This document shows positions 48,532-58,401 of a stretch of DNA of 64,000 nucleotides, piece after piece; within the stretch, counting starts at the first letter, position 1; every line of letters begins with the position of its first letter. The stretch comes from an uncultured virus (IMG/VR IMGVR_UViG_3300008952_000034) (Duplodnaviria > Heunggongvirae > Uroviricota > Caudoviricetes). The translations under genes and the position numbers were made by a program. The notes beneath the pieces were generated by a model. The model searched no databases, was not told the DNA's origin, and worked only from the letters and a program-made list of their open reading frames with translations. The stretch covers positions 1 through 64,000 of the IMG/VR virus record IMGVR_UViG_3300008952_000034. One strand, given 5' to 3'.

Positions 48532-48649
48532 ATTTCTCCTTGGTTAATTAAAGTTGCCGGATTTTCAATCTCTGTTATCCTAACAACCATGCCACTATTA
48601 TAATATAAGTTGTATGAAATGTCAACCGTATGATGCTGGTAAAGGTAAA

Positions 48650-49102
48650 CTAATTGTCTTTGATGCTTGGCACGTGGAATAGATCTATACCTTCGTCTAA
48701 TAATTTCTTTGCTTCTTTCTTTGTAGCAGTGCCGTAAAACTCTTGATTTCTTTTACCTTTGTGTGCTTTACGTGCCTCTTTAGGAAACTCTTTGCCAACA
48801 TTTTCAAAGTTTTTTTTAACGTGTTTCTCTAATGACTTTAATAAAGATCTTGCTCTGCCTCCCATTACCATTTGATCGCCAGTCATGTTTAAAACATTTT
48901 CTTTACCACGTTCTCTTGGAGATTTTTGATTACTCTTTTTACCAATGTTAGGAGACATAATGTCTTTACGCACTTTGGTGCTATCACACATTGGACACAG
49001 TAATTGTCCTTGTGCTAATTGATTCTCATAATCTTCATTGCTAGGAAACCAACCCTCAAATTTTGCAGTACATTCACATATTAAAGAAAACTTTATTGAC
49101 AT
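48650..49102 (-). CDS. DUF1178-family protein
   Basis: LIC..FEGWF...LLCPMC...MSPN...FENVG..F..EARK. Confidence 0.8.
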   Translation of the reverse strand: MSIKFSLICECTAKFEGWFPSNEDYENQLAQGQLLCPMCDSTKVRKDIMSPNIGKKSNQKSPRERGKENVLNMTGDQMVMGGRARSLLKSLEKHVKKNFENVGKEFPKEARKAHKGKRNQEFYGTATKKEAKKLLDEGIDLFHVPSIKDN

Positions 49103-49160
49103 AATATTATTTACTATTATACAGTTGACAACTTTTAAAGTCTACTATATTATATACATA

Positions 49161-49283
49161 ATGATATACGATAAAGGAAAACCTAAAAAAACATCGCAAG
49201 GTAAAAGAAAAAATGCTAAAAGAAGTTCAATGAATAAATCAAAGAAGAGGAGTTTTAAACCATACCGTGCCCAAGGAAGATAA
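49161..49283 (+). CDS. 40-aa basic peptide (…KKTSQG…SSMNK…YRAQGR)
   Basis: Internal ATG of track ORF 49038..49283. Confidence 0.55.
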   Translation: MIYDKGKPKKTSQGKRKNAKRSSMNKSKKRSFKPYRAQGR

Positions 49284-49411
49284 AAATTTACAAACTAAAA
49301 AGTTAGAAGCTGAAGTTGGTAATTTACAAGTACAAAATGCAGACTATCAACAAATAGTACAAGAACTATCAGACAAATTAAAAAAGTACGAAAACAAATA
49401 TGGAACAGTTT

Positions 49412-49867
49412 TTACGAAAGGTTCCTCAGACAATACAAAGTAGCATCTTTTTTAGTTCTAAACTTTAAGGTATTATAATCAACAACATAAATTCGTGTTG
49501 GACCAAATTCTTCCACAACTTTTTCAAATTTTTCATCATACGCATGAAAGGGTTCTCTATCTGGTAGAGTAACTTTTGTTCCCCAAACCATTGGCCACCA
49601 ATGCATAGGATTCCTTCCATACATCTCAGATACCCACATAGTTGGTAATGCAACTGCTAAGAAAGGAATTATTGTTAATGGTTCCATCCACCACGACAAC
49701 TTATCAAAAAATATATCAATTATATGAACAAGCCCCCACCAAACTCCTACAATAACAGTCAGGATAATTCCTACTATTGCTAACCCTTCATCATCGTCTA
49801 TATCAATATCGTGATGGATTCTGTATCTATGATGTTTTTTAGGTTGTTTTTTATAACTCAAGATCAT
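49412..49867 (-). CDS. Membrane protein
   Basis: Two hydrophobic segments. Confidence 0.6.
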   Translation of the reverse strand: MILSYKKQPKKHHRYRIHHDIDIDDDEGLAIVGIILTVIVGVWWGLVHIIDIFFDKLSWWMEPLTIIPFLAVALPTMWVSEMYGRNPMHWWPMVWGTKVTLPDREPFHAYDEKFEKVVEEFGPTRIYVVDYNTLKFRTKKDATLYCLRNLS

Positions 49868-49961
49868 AAAACTATTTAATATTATGAAATAATTAATAGT
49901 ACATATTTTGTTGTAACGCTCCCAAGGAAGTTCACATCAAAAACCCCCAAATTCGATTATT

Positions 49962-51398
49962 ATGGAACTTGTCATACTAATGGCAGGTATTGTTTATGGC
50001 TTGATCATTGGCCTAATACCAGCCGCAGGAGCAACAACAGGACTAATCACACTATTTGGATTCATGCCCTACTTTGTAGGCGACCCGTACTTGGGTGTAA
50101 TCTTTTGTGTAGCAGTTGTAGCCTCATCCACAACCGGTGATTCTTTTAGTGGTGTGCTGTTAGGCATACCTGGAGCCAACTCTGCGGCCGCAACAATGGT
50201 AGATGGGTTTCCTATGGCCAAGAATGGAGAAGCAACCAGAGCCTTGTCAGCGGCAATAACATCATCAACCTTTAATGGATTGCTCTTTGGATCACTTACA
50301 TTTTTGTTCTTACCTTGGTACACGCAAGTTGTTATGTATATGGGCATACCCGAACTGTGGGCATTAGTATTATTAGCATTTGTCACTGTAGGTTTTGTTT
50401 CCACTAGGAAATATGTTAGAAGTACACTAGCTATAGTGCTAGGAATAACAATAGGACTAGTTGGTGTTGATGTAAACAATGTACCTCGTTTCACAATGGG
50501 TTGGAGATACCTTGAAGACAGTGTACAGATACTGCCTTTTGTTGCAGGACTGTTTGCTATACCAGAACTTTGGAATGGTTGGTTCAATAGGAAAAAAACA
50601 ACAACAATAAAAGCAGAACAAGGCAGTTGGCAAGATCTAAAACAAGGAATCAAAGACACTATTAGATGTTGGAAGGATAGTATTAGAGGAGGAGCCATAG
50701 GTTCGTTTATAGGACTACTACCTGGACTAGGTGGTGCAATGGCTGACTGGTTAGCATACGGTTCTACTGTGGCCGCTAACCCAAAAGAAAAATTTGGAGA
50801 AGGAAATGTAAGAGGCATAGTAGGAGCAGAAGGAGCCAACAATGCACAAAAAGCCTCTTCATTTATTCCAACAGTTTTATTTGGTATTCCAGGTGCACCC
50901 TTTGCCGCGATACTGATGGGACTATTTTTATACCTAGGTATTGACTTAGGATCTCCAGATACATTTTACGATAAAAAATTATTTGACAGCATGACTTTTG
51001 CTTTCCTTATAGGAACAATGATAACTGCTGTTATTTGTTATGGACTGGCATATTTCGCAGGGTGGGTAACACGTATTCCATATGTGTATTACTTTCCTTT
51101 CATACTTGCTGTTATTGTTTGGGCAACCTTACAGTACACAGGCGGGTGGGAAGACCTTGCAGTACTTGTAGCATTCTCTATATTAGGATTGCTATGTAAA
51201 AAATTCCAAGTTAGCAGGCCAGCACTGTTAATTGGGTACCTGTTAAGTGACAGGATATACAATCTCACTTACCAATTAACATCACTCCATACGGTAAATG
51301 ATTTAATTACAAGACCACTCTTTATTTCTATAATGATTTGTGTTATACTTTTACTATATTGGGGAATAACAAAAAGGAGTCGATTAGACTATGCTTAA
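49962..51398 (+). CDS. tctA: Tripartite tricarboxylate transporter large permease TctA family
   Basis: GLIP, GIPG..SAAATMVDGFPMAKNGEA..AL, GLLPGLG, EGANNA, LFGIPG. Confidence 0.9.
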   Translation: MELVILMAGIVYGLIIGLIPAAGATTGLITLFGFMPYFVGDPYLGVIFCVAVVASSTTGDSFSGVLLGIPGANSAAATMVDGFPMAKNGEATRALSAAITSSTFNGLLFGSLTFLFLPWYTQVVMYMGIPELWALVLLAFVTVGFVSTRKYVRSTLAIVLGITIGLVGVDVNNVPRFTMGWRYLEDSVQILPFVAGLFAIPELWNGWFNRKKTTTIKAEQGSWQDLKQGIKDTIRCWKDSIRGGAIGSFIGLLPGLGGAMADWLAYGSTVAANPKEKFGEGNVRGIVGAEGANNAQKASSFIPTVLFGIPGAPFAAILMGLFLYLGIDLGSPDTFYDKKLFDSMTFAFLIGTMITAVICYGLAYFAGWVTRIPYVYYFPFILAVIVWATLQYTGGWEDLAVLVAFSILGLLCKKFQVSRPALLIGYLLSDRIYNLTYQLTSLHTVNDLITRPLFISIMICVILLLYWGITKRSRLDYA

Positions 51399-52437
51399 GA
51401 AAATAATATTGGCTTTGTTTATAATGACAACAACAGCCATGGCAGATTATAATTTAATTGTGCCACAAAAACCATCTGGTGGAACTTCTGTGTGGGCACA
51501 GATAGTTGTAGCAGAATGGGAGAAACACTTAGGAGAAAAAATCAATTTGATTTATAAACCTGGTGCAAGAGATCAGTTGGGACCAAACGAGTTCCAAAAT
51601 GAATTAAGGTTTGACGACAAGACTATACTAGTATCACATGGTGGTAACGGTATATCGTATCTTGTTGAACCTGTTGATTACAATTATTTAGATTGGGAAT
51701 CAATTGGACAGATGAACTTGAATATCATTGTAGGTGCAAGAAACAAGGCCGATACTAAAAACGGTCCTATAAAGTTTCCATCAGGTTCTGGAATGACTCC
51801 AGAGATTATGGCAATCGTTATGTTGCTTACAGGACCAAATGGTGATCCAATTAAAACATTTGAAGACAAGATTGTTTGGGTAAAAGGAATGAAAGGGTCT
51901 GAAAGAAGACTTGCTTTTATTAGAGGTGACTTAAATGCAACCAGAGAAAACCCTGCCGCATATAAGAAACACGTGATACCTGTAATTGAAAAAGGTGATG
52001 CTTACACATGGTTCCATCATGGACTACTTGATGTAAACACAGGACAACACGGAAAAGATCCTAACTTTACTGAACCAACATTCGAGGCTTTGTATAAAGC
52101 AACATACGGAGTAGCACCAAGTGGTGACTTCTATGATGCATACAAACTTGTTAAGAGTTGGAGAGATGCACTGCAAAAAGCATTTTGGGTTAACAAAGGA
52201 AATCCAAACAAACAAAAACTTGTTGATGCATTAAACAAAATGATAAATGATCTAGAATCAGTTGCCGCTATTGAGAAGAAAGTTGGCAAATACGAATGGA
52301 GAACAGGTGCTGACGGTGATGCCGCTGTGAGAACATTGAAGTCGTTTATTACACCTAAAGCACTGAAGACTTTGGTTAACTTTAAAAGAGAACAGTTAGG
52401 TTATAACACAGTCTACAAAGAGGAACTTACGCAATAA
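51391..52437 (+). CDS. TctC/Bug-like periplasmic substrate-binding protein
   Basis: Signal peptide, LIVPQKPSGGT, YKPGA; coupled to tctA. Confidence 0.7.
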   Translation: MLKKIILALFIMTTTAMADYNLIVPQKPSGGTSVWAQIVVAEWEKHLGEKINLIYKPGARDQLGPNEFQNELRFDDKTILVSHGGNGISYLVEPVDYNYLDWESIGQMNLNIIVGARNKADTKNGPIKFPSGSGMTPEIMAIVMLLTGPNGDPIKTFEDKIVWVKGMKGSERRLAFIRGDLNATRENPAAYKKHVIPVIEKGDAYTWFHHGLLDVNTGQHGKDPNFTEPTFEALYKATYGVAPSGDFYDAYKLVKSWRDALQKAFWVNKGNPNKQKLVDALNKMINDLESVAAIEKKVGKYEWRTGADGDAAVRTLKSFITPKALKTLVNFKREQLGYNTVYKEELTQ

Positions 52438-53009
52438 TGTATATTCTTTTCACAGGAGCACCAGGATCAAAATGGAGCAGTGTGGCCAAAAACATTTATA
52501 GGTCACCTGACATTGATCAATCTGACAGCACCAGTGAAAGGACATACAAGCACGGAAAGGTAAACCATATGGGATCATACTTTGATCCTGGAATGGAATT
52601 TGAAAACACAAAAGAAAATTGGGATAAACCTTTCTCAGGCACAGGCAAAAGAATTATTAAATCACACACGTTTGCACACGAACTAGACGAACTAAAAACA
52701 TTAGGTTATCCGATAGTAATGGTTTATAGGAATGATATTGAATCTTATAAGTGGTGGATTGATGCTGGTGGATTTGATATTACCTATCCTAATTACAGTT
52801 ATTTTGAGTCTTTAGAAAAAATGTGGACTCATATACAAAACGAAAACAACGACATAATGCAGTTTATTAAAGACAATCAAAACAGAGTTATTTGTCCTGT
52901 AGACAATGTGGATCTTTGTAGAGCACTCAGTATTAGTTTTCCTGACGCCAACGGCAGGATACATAATTACGAACACAACGATATTAAAGTTTACTTGTAC
53001 AAACAATGA
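52437..53009 (+). CDS. P-loop/sulfotransferase-like protein
   Basis: FTGAPGSKWS, IIKSH, VMVYR. Confidence 0.5.
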   Translation: MYILFTGAPGSKWSSVAKNIYRSPDIDQSDSTSERTYKHGKVNHMGSYFDPGMEFENTKENWDKPFSGTGKRIIKSHTFAHELDELKTLGYPIVMVYRNDIESYKWWIDAGGFDITYPNYSYFESLEKMWTHIQNENNDIMQFIKDNQNRVICPVDNVDLCRALSISFPDANGRIHNYEHNDIKVYLYKQ

Positions 53010-53665
53010 ATAAAAGAATATTTGCAGAACTACTTACACATAGTCAAAACAACCTAGACAAAATTTCACAACCTTATATCAAAGAAAAATTTGGTGTTGA
53101 AGTAAAGAGATGTAACACCTTAGAGGAATACGCAGATGTAATTGACGATGCTTGTCTACACAAATACTTCTCCAAGTATTGGCAGAACGATATGAAGAAA
53201 TGGAAGTACTCTGGACTTGCCCTAATCAACGAAGTGAATGCTTTAAAGCCAAGAGCAGTGCTTGACGTTGGCTGTGGATACAATGAGTTCAAAGGTAAGA
53301 TACACAATTTAATTGGTATAGATCCTTATAATGATTTAGCAGACCACGAAGTCGGCACACTAGGATATAGGACTGATGAAAAGTTTGATGTTATACTATG
53401 TCTTGGCTCAGTAAACTTTGGTAGCAGGGATAAGATACTTGCAGAAGTAGGCAGATGTGTAGACTTACTAGCAGACGGTGGCACTATGTTCTTCAGGGTG
53501 AACCCGGGTTTACAACACAACAAGACTGAGGCAAAGTGGATAGAGTTCTATGCATGGAACGTACCTTTTATCATAGAATTATCAGATATTTTTAACCTAA
53601 AAATACTAGACATACGTGATGATAGCAATCAACGTAAGTATTTCATCTATAGGAAAGTAAAATAA
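53006..53665 (+). CDS. Class I SAM-dependent methyltransferase
   Basis: VLDVGCG, GID, FDVI, LADGG. Confidence 0.85.
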   Translation: MNKRIFAELLTHSQNNLDKISQPYIKEKFGVEVKRCNTLEEYADVIDDACLHKYFSKYWQNDMKKWKYSGLALINEVNALKPRAVLDVGCGYNEFKGKIHNLIGIDPYNDLADHEVGTLGYRTDEKFDVILCLGSVNFGSRDKILAEVGRCVDLLADGGTMFFRVNPGLQHNKTEAKWIEFYAWNVPFIIELSDIFNLKILDIRDDSNQRKYFIYRKVK

Positions 53666-53723
53666 GCATTATTTCCAATAGACATTTACTATAATTCTGT
53701 TATAATATTGCTTAAATACCATT

Positions 53724-54023
53724 ATGCAGAAACAAACAAGAAGTATATTAGAAGAATTAAACAATGTATCCTTTACTAAAGACAAGGAAAATGTTGTAGA
53801 AAGTCGTGCATCTCATATTTTAGACTCGGCAATACGACTTTTAACATACATTAAAGAAAATTTTGAGCCTGAAACTGCATACAAATTAGAAAAACGATTT
53901 CATTCAGCAATAAAAAATATGGACGCATCTAAGTTTTCAAAAGGCGTTGCTCGTATTAAAGAAAACAAAGACATTAAAGAAAACGTACTTAAAATTAAAA
54001 ACGGCGACTATAAAGAGGACTAA
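53724..54023 (+). CDS. Conserved phage hypothetical protein
   Basis: TAAATA at 53713. Confidence 0.65.
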   Translation: MQKQTRSILEELNNVSFTKDKENVVESRASHILDSAIRLLTYIKENFEPETAYKLEKRFHSAIKNMDASKFSKGVARIKENKDIKENVLKIKNGDYKED

Positions 54024-54025
54024 TC

Positions 54026-55246
54026 ATGTTAATTGAAGATGTCCTATTAGAATTTAAAAGGACTCACTTAGAACATATAGAAGATATTATTATTACAGAT
54101 GGATTTGAGGGTGGTAAAGCAGTGATAGAATATTTCCGAGGATTATTACTAACACTTAAAGGTACATCATCAGAAGCAGTTTCAGTATCAGTTAAATGGG
54201 ATGGTGCTCCTGCTGTGGTATGTGGTACACATCCTGAAACAGGAAAGTTCTTTGTTGCAACTAAATCAGCATTTGCTCAAAATGCCAAAGTGAATTATAC
54301 TAAAAACGATATTGCAAAAAATCATGGCACAGATGATTTAGGACAAAAACTTTTAAAATGTCTTGTACACTTAAAAAAAATAAACATACAAGGAGTAGTA
54401 CAGGGCGACTTATTGTTCACTGATGATGATATAACAAGAAAGAATATCGGTGGCCAACCACATATAACATTTACACCTAACACAATTACATATGCAGTAC
54501 TTGAAGATTCAGAGATTGGCAAAAGAATTGATGCCGCTAAAGTAGGAATTATATTTCATACAACATATAATGGCGAAACACTTGCAGACATGAGTGCATC
54601 AGCAGGTGCAGATGTAGAAGCATTTGGAGTATCGCCAGATGTATTTTTCGATAATGCAACATACAAAGATGTATCAGGTTCTGCTAAATTTACAGCAGAC
54701 GAAACAGCACAATTTTACAACAGTATTGAAAAGTTAGAAGCACTACTTAATAATATACCTCGTGACTTATCAAGTTTATTAGGACAGAACAATGACTTTG
54801 TTGGCTACTTCCAACTATATATTAATGCAATGGTCAAGCAAGGACAACTACCAACCAATGTAAATCAATTCTTGCAAGGTTTCAAACAGTTCTATATAGA
54901 TAGAATGCAACAACAAATTGCAGGATTAAAAGCACAAAAGGCTTTAGCACTAAGACAAGACAAAATAAAAAATATGCCTGCATTTTTAAACAGAACCAAA
55001 AAGCCATTACAAGCGATGCTAACATTTTATAAAGCAGTACAACAAATGAAAGGCTTTATACTTAAAAAAATGAATCAAGCAATGACCATAGGATCATTTG
55101 CACAAACAGATAATGGATTAGAAGTTACAGATCCAGAAGGATTCGTTGCTGTTGACAAGGCTGGTAATGCTGTTAAACTTGTAGATAGATTAGGATTCTC
55201 AAGAAGAAACTTGACTGCTATCAAAAAATTCCAAAAAACTAATTAA
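54026..55246 (+). CDS. DUF6267-like protein with ligase-type KxDG motif
   Basis: HLEHIED, KWDGAPA, QGDLLF, PEGFV, KLVDRL. Confidence 0.65.
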   Translation: MLIEDVLLEFKRTHLEHIEDIIITDGFEGGKAVIEYFRGLLLTLKGTSSEAVSVSVKWDGAPAVVCGTHPETGKFFVATKSAFAQNAKVNYTKNDIAKNHGTDDLGQKLLKCLVHLKKINIQGVVQGDLLFTDDDITRKNIGGQPHITFTPNTITYAVLEDSEIGKRIDAAKVGIIFHTTYNGETLADMSASAGADVEAFGVSPDVFFDNATYKDVSGSAKFTADETAQFYNSIEKLEALLNNIPRDLSSLLGQNNDFVGYFQLYINAMVKQGQLPTNVNQFLQGFKQFYIDRMQQQIAGLKAQKALALRQDKIKNMPAFLNRTKKPLQAMLTFYKAVQQMKGFILKKMNQAMTIGSFAQTDNGLEVTDPEGFVAVDKAGNAVKLVDRLGFSRRNLTAIKKFQKTN

Positions 55247-56290
55247 AGTTTTATTAATTTGTTCACTTAACTTTTCTTTATTAAAAAACGTATCATAATT
55301 ATGTTGTCTTAAAGCAATTGTCTGACGATATATATCGCTCCAGTCTTTTGTTTTTAAATCTTTACACAAAGAAACAATAGCATTTATTTTTTTATCTCTA
55401 TCATTTTCTAAATCATATGATTCATCAAAGTAAGAACCAAATGTTTTAAAACCCATCTCTCTTAATTTTTGTAGATACAAATAATTACCATGCACAACAA
55501 ATACGTGTTGAGCTATAATAGGTTTCCATATTTTTTCTGTCATAAAAACTTCGTAATCATTATCGTTAGTTTCAGAAACTATTGAACAAACTGTATCAAC
55601 ATATGGTTGTTCAGTTATATCTTGATCCAGCCCCCACTTTGGATAGTCTTCTGGTTTTACCCATGGTAGTTCATGTTCTTGTGTTAATCTAACTGGATTA
55701 TCTAATCCTAAAAAAGTATATAAACTATTTGATAATATGTTTTCTTTTAACAATTTATTATATAATTTAACTCTATGTTCTCTTGGTTGCTTATTCAAAT
55801 ATAAAAAATCATTTTTCTTATACCAGTAGCTACCAAAATGATCATGAGTAAATTTAAACGTATGATTTAAATGCTTATGGTACATATAACTCCAGAACCA
55901 AGATACATCGCCAGTCCATATATGATGAGGATAAGGTATGTCTACTTCTTTCATTTTTTCACCAGTAACAAATATTTGAGATTTTATATTATCTAACGAT
56001 TCCCACGGATTAGCTAATACAAATTTAAAACCTTGTTGATGCAAAAGTTCTAATCTATTAATTAAATCATTTTTATAACCACTATTGTCTAGAACTCTAT
56101 TATTGTGTATTCTCATATCAATAAGTGCAAACTTTCTATCGTATTGTTCTAAATCATAATTGTGTAAAGTGTAATACTCTCCTGTGTATTCAAATATTTG
56201 ATCAGGTATGGAATGCGTATCAATAAACTGCTCGTATGTTTGATGAGCACCTGTTTTCATTAAATCAGTTAGAAAGAAATTACGTTGCAT
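55199..56290 (-). CDS. Hypothetical protein, possibly glycosyltransferase-like
   Basis: IVSET...FMTEKIWKPI...LREMGFKTF...DESYD. Confidence 0.55.
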   Translation of the reverse strand: MQRNFFLTDLMKTGAHQTYEQFIDTHSIPDQIFEYTGEYYTLHNYDLEQYDRKFALIDMRIHNNRVLDNSGYKNDLINRLELLHQQGFKFVLANPWESLDNIKSQIFVTGEKMKEVDIPYPHHIWTGDVSWFWSYMYHKHLNHTFKFTHDHFGSYWYKKNDFLYLNKQPREHRVKLYNKLLKENILSNSLYTFLGLDNPVRLTQEHELPWVKPEDYPKWGLDQDITEQPYVDTVCSIVSETNDNDYEVFMTEKIWKPIIAQHVFVVHGNYLYLQKLREMGFKTFGSYFDESYDLENDRDKKINAIVSLCKDLKTKDWSDIYRQTIALRQHNYDTFFNKEKLSEQINKTLISFLEFFDSSQVSS

Positions 56291-56302
56291 ATACCTATAA
56301 AT

Positions 56303-57163
56303 ATGAGTATGTTAACACCCTTTTTACAGTATGTATCTGAAGCAAGAATAGTAAGACGACAAAGCGACCTACAAAGATATACATTTCAGGAAATTACCGA
56401 ACGTATATATCTTAGTTTTCTTACACTATCACTATTAAAAAACTTTAAACAAACAGCAGGATTTGTCAAATCATATGGAACGAATACTCTATCATATGGT
56501 GAATTTACTAAAGTACGAGGCACAGCGAATGACCTTCATAATATGTTGGCAATAGTAGCAGGTGATCCAAGTGTAGTTGAAAAACTTGCAAATAAAAACC
56601 AAGCTATGGCACTAAGACAAAGACAGAGCGTACCAGTATTAGCAATACGAAGATACCTTAGAAGTTTTAGCAAAGACTATGAATTTTTAACACAATTAGA
56701 ATCAGCACTAGGTATTAACAATATGGATTATAAAAATTTAAGAAGAGCAATTAGTGACTATCCTAGTTTAGATTCAAAAAGAAAACAATATACTGCAACA
56801 AGATTACTACAAGCACTAAAGGCTAAACTATCAGGTACTGACTTACAAAGACAAGCACAAATATTTGCTGACAAACAACATCTTGAATTAGATGATGTAG
56901 TAGATGCTGAACGAACAGTTCCAGGAAAAGAATTAACATCAAATGAACTAGTTGGATACAGATTACTAGTCGGACCAAGTAATGTTAGACGTGCTAAAAT
57001 TGCCGCTGATATGATACGTCAAGGTCGTGCAGTTCCTGCTCCTGTTATGTCTTCTTTCGCTCCTATAGTTAAAATGATCGATGATATAGTAAAAGGCGGT
57101 TACACATACGTTAGACTTGTACAATCTATTCATGACCGAGCAAAAACGAAGACCAAAAAATAG
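56303..57163 (+). CDS. Late hypothetical protein
   Basis: TATAAATA at 56296. Confidence 0.65.
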   Translation: MSMLTPFLQYVSEARIVRRQSDLQRYTFQEITERIYLSFLTLSLLKNFKQTAGFVKSYGTNTLSYGEFTKVRGTANDLHNMLAIVAGDPSVVEKLANKNQAMALRQRQSVPVLAIRRYLRSFSKDYEFLTQLESALGINNMDYKNLRRAISDYPSLDSKRKQYTATRLLQALKAKLSGTDLQRQAQIFADKQHLELDDVVDAERTVPGKELTSNELVGYRLLVGPSNVRRAKIAADMIRQGRAVPAPVMSSFAPIVKMIDDIVKGGYTYVRLVQSIHDRAKTKTKK

Positions 57164-57281
57164 AACTTATTGTTTTAGATGTGCCTGTGATCCACATTGT
57201 GATAAAGACTGCAAAAATTGTGAAAAGTGTGATACTTGTGACTGTCCAAAATGTTTGCAGAGATTTGCTGTAGATAGCTGA
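57132..57281 (+). CDS. 49-aa Cys-rich, metallothionein-like peptide, not in ORF track
   Basis: MTEQKRRPKNRTYCFRCACDPHCDKDCKNCEKCDTCDCPKCLQRFAVDS; 10 Cys. Confidence 0.7.
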   Translation: MTEQKRRPKNRTYCFRCACDPHCDKDCKNCEKCDTCDCPKCLQRFAVDS

Positions 57282-57294
57282 GTAAATATAGTAC

Positions 57295-57672
57295 ATGGCA
57301 ACACCAAATAACTTTAAAATAACTAATTCAATTGGAAGTACTGATAACTTTGCAGGTCCTGACGTACAATTCTTTTATATTACATTAATAACAGCAGATG
57401 GTAGTACAGTTTTAGATGTACGTACAGAATTAGGTTACAACGAAACACTTCATAATTTACAACGAACTATTTTACAAAGAGGTACTATATTATACCAAAG
57501 AGTTGAAAACGCCGCTACTGGTAGATTAGATATTTGTATGGAAAGACCTGGTTGGACAGCGGCAACACTTCAAACAGCAATAAGAGATATGGGTACAAGT
57601 GTTGGTACTAATACTAAAGACGTTTCTATGTCTACAGTAACCGAGACTGAACTAAAATTAGACAACTCATAA
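57295..57672 (+). CDS. Putative virion protein, paralog family member 1
   Basis: TLQTAIR motif; TAAATA at 57283. Confidence 0.6.
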   Translation: MATPNNFKITNSIGSTDNFAGPDVQFFYITLITADGSTVLDVRTELGYNETLHNLQRTILQRGTILYQRVENAATGRLDICMERPGWTAATLQTAIRDMGTSVGTNTKDVSMSTVTETELKLDNS

Positions 57673-57693
57673 TATCCTAATTAAATAACTTTA

Positions 57694-58305
57694 ATGTATC
57701 CTACAAATTATAGTTTTTGGGTGGCGTATAAACAACACCAATACAATCCTACCTTTCTCAAAGATGCTGGACCAGGTCAAGAACCACAAAGAGAAACTGC
57801 ACTCAAATATGTAAAAAAATGGAATACTTGTATAGATGTTGGAAGTCAATTTGGTTTTTGGACACGACCATTACTAAAAAAATTTAAAACAGTACACTGT
57901 TTTGAACCTAATCCTTTATTTCGTGAATGCTTTTTAAAAAATATACCATTAGATAATGTAACACTACATCCATATGGATTATCTAATAATGAACACACAG
58001 CATATCAAAGTAAAGATGGTCAAGTATTAAGTATGAAAGAAGGGTCTGTACAATGCAAAACACTTGATAGTTTCAAATTCAGTAATGTTGATTTTATTAA
58101 AATTGATGTTGATGGTTTTGAACATCAAGTTTTAATAGGTGCAAAACAGACAATTAAAAAGTTTAATCCAGTTATAAACATCGAAATGAAAAAAATGAAA
58201 AGATCTTTAACTGTTTTTAATTGTACTAATTTTTTAAAGAAAAGAGGCTATAGAATGGCCAAACGAGTCAAATCCGACGAGGTATGGGTTAAAAAAGTAA
58301 TATAA
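57694..58305 (+). CDS. FkbM-family methyltransferase
   Basis: IDVGSQFG, FEP, TLD, FIKIDVDGFE. Confidence 0.85.
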   Translation: MYPTNYSFWVAYKQHQYNPTFLKDAGPGQEPQRETALKYVKKWNTCIDVGSQFGFWTRPLLKKFKTVHCFEPNPLFRECFLKNIPLDNVTLHPYGLSNNEHTAYQSKDGQVLSMKEGSVQCKTLDSFKFSNVDFIKIDVDGFEHQVLIGAKQTIKKFNPVINIEMKKMKRSLTVFNCTNFLKKRGYRMAKRVKSDEVWVKKVI

Positions 58306-58401
58306 CTACTAAATTTACCAAACCATTTACTAAATAGAAACATACAGTCACCTGAGCGGTGACTAAAGCCAAATAATCAGAGAATATAAGGAGGATTAAA
58401 A

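Noticed and set aside
50069..50842. 257-aa antisense ORF
   Set aside because: Lies wholly opposite tctA, is Pro/Ser/Thr-rich as expected for a shadow frame, and has no RBS.
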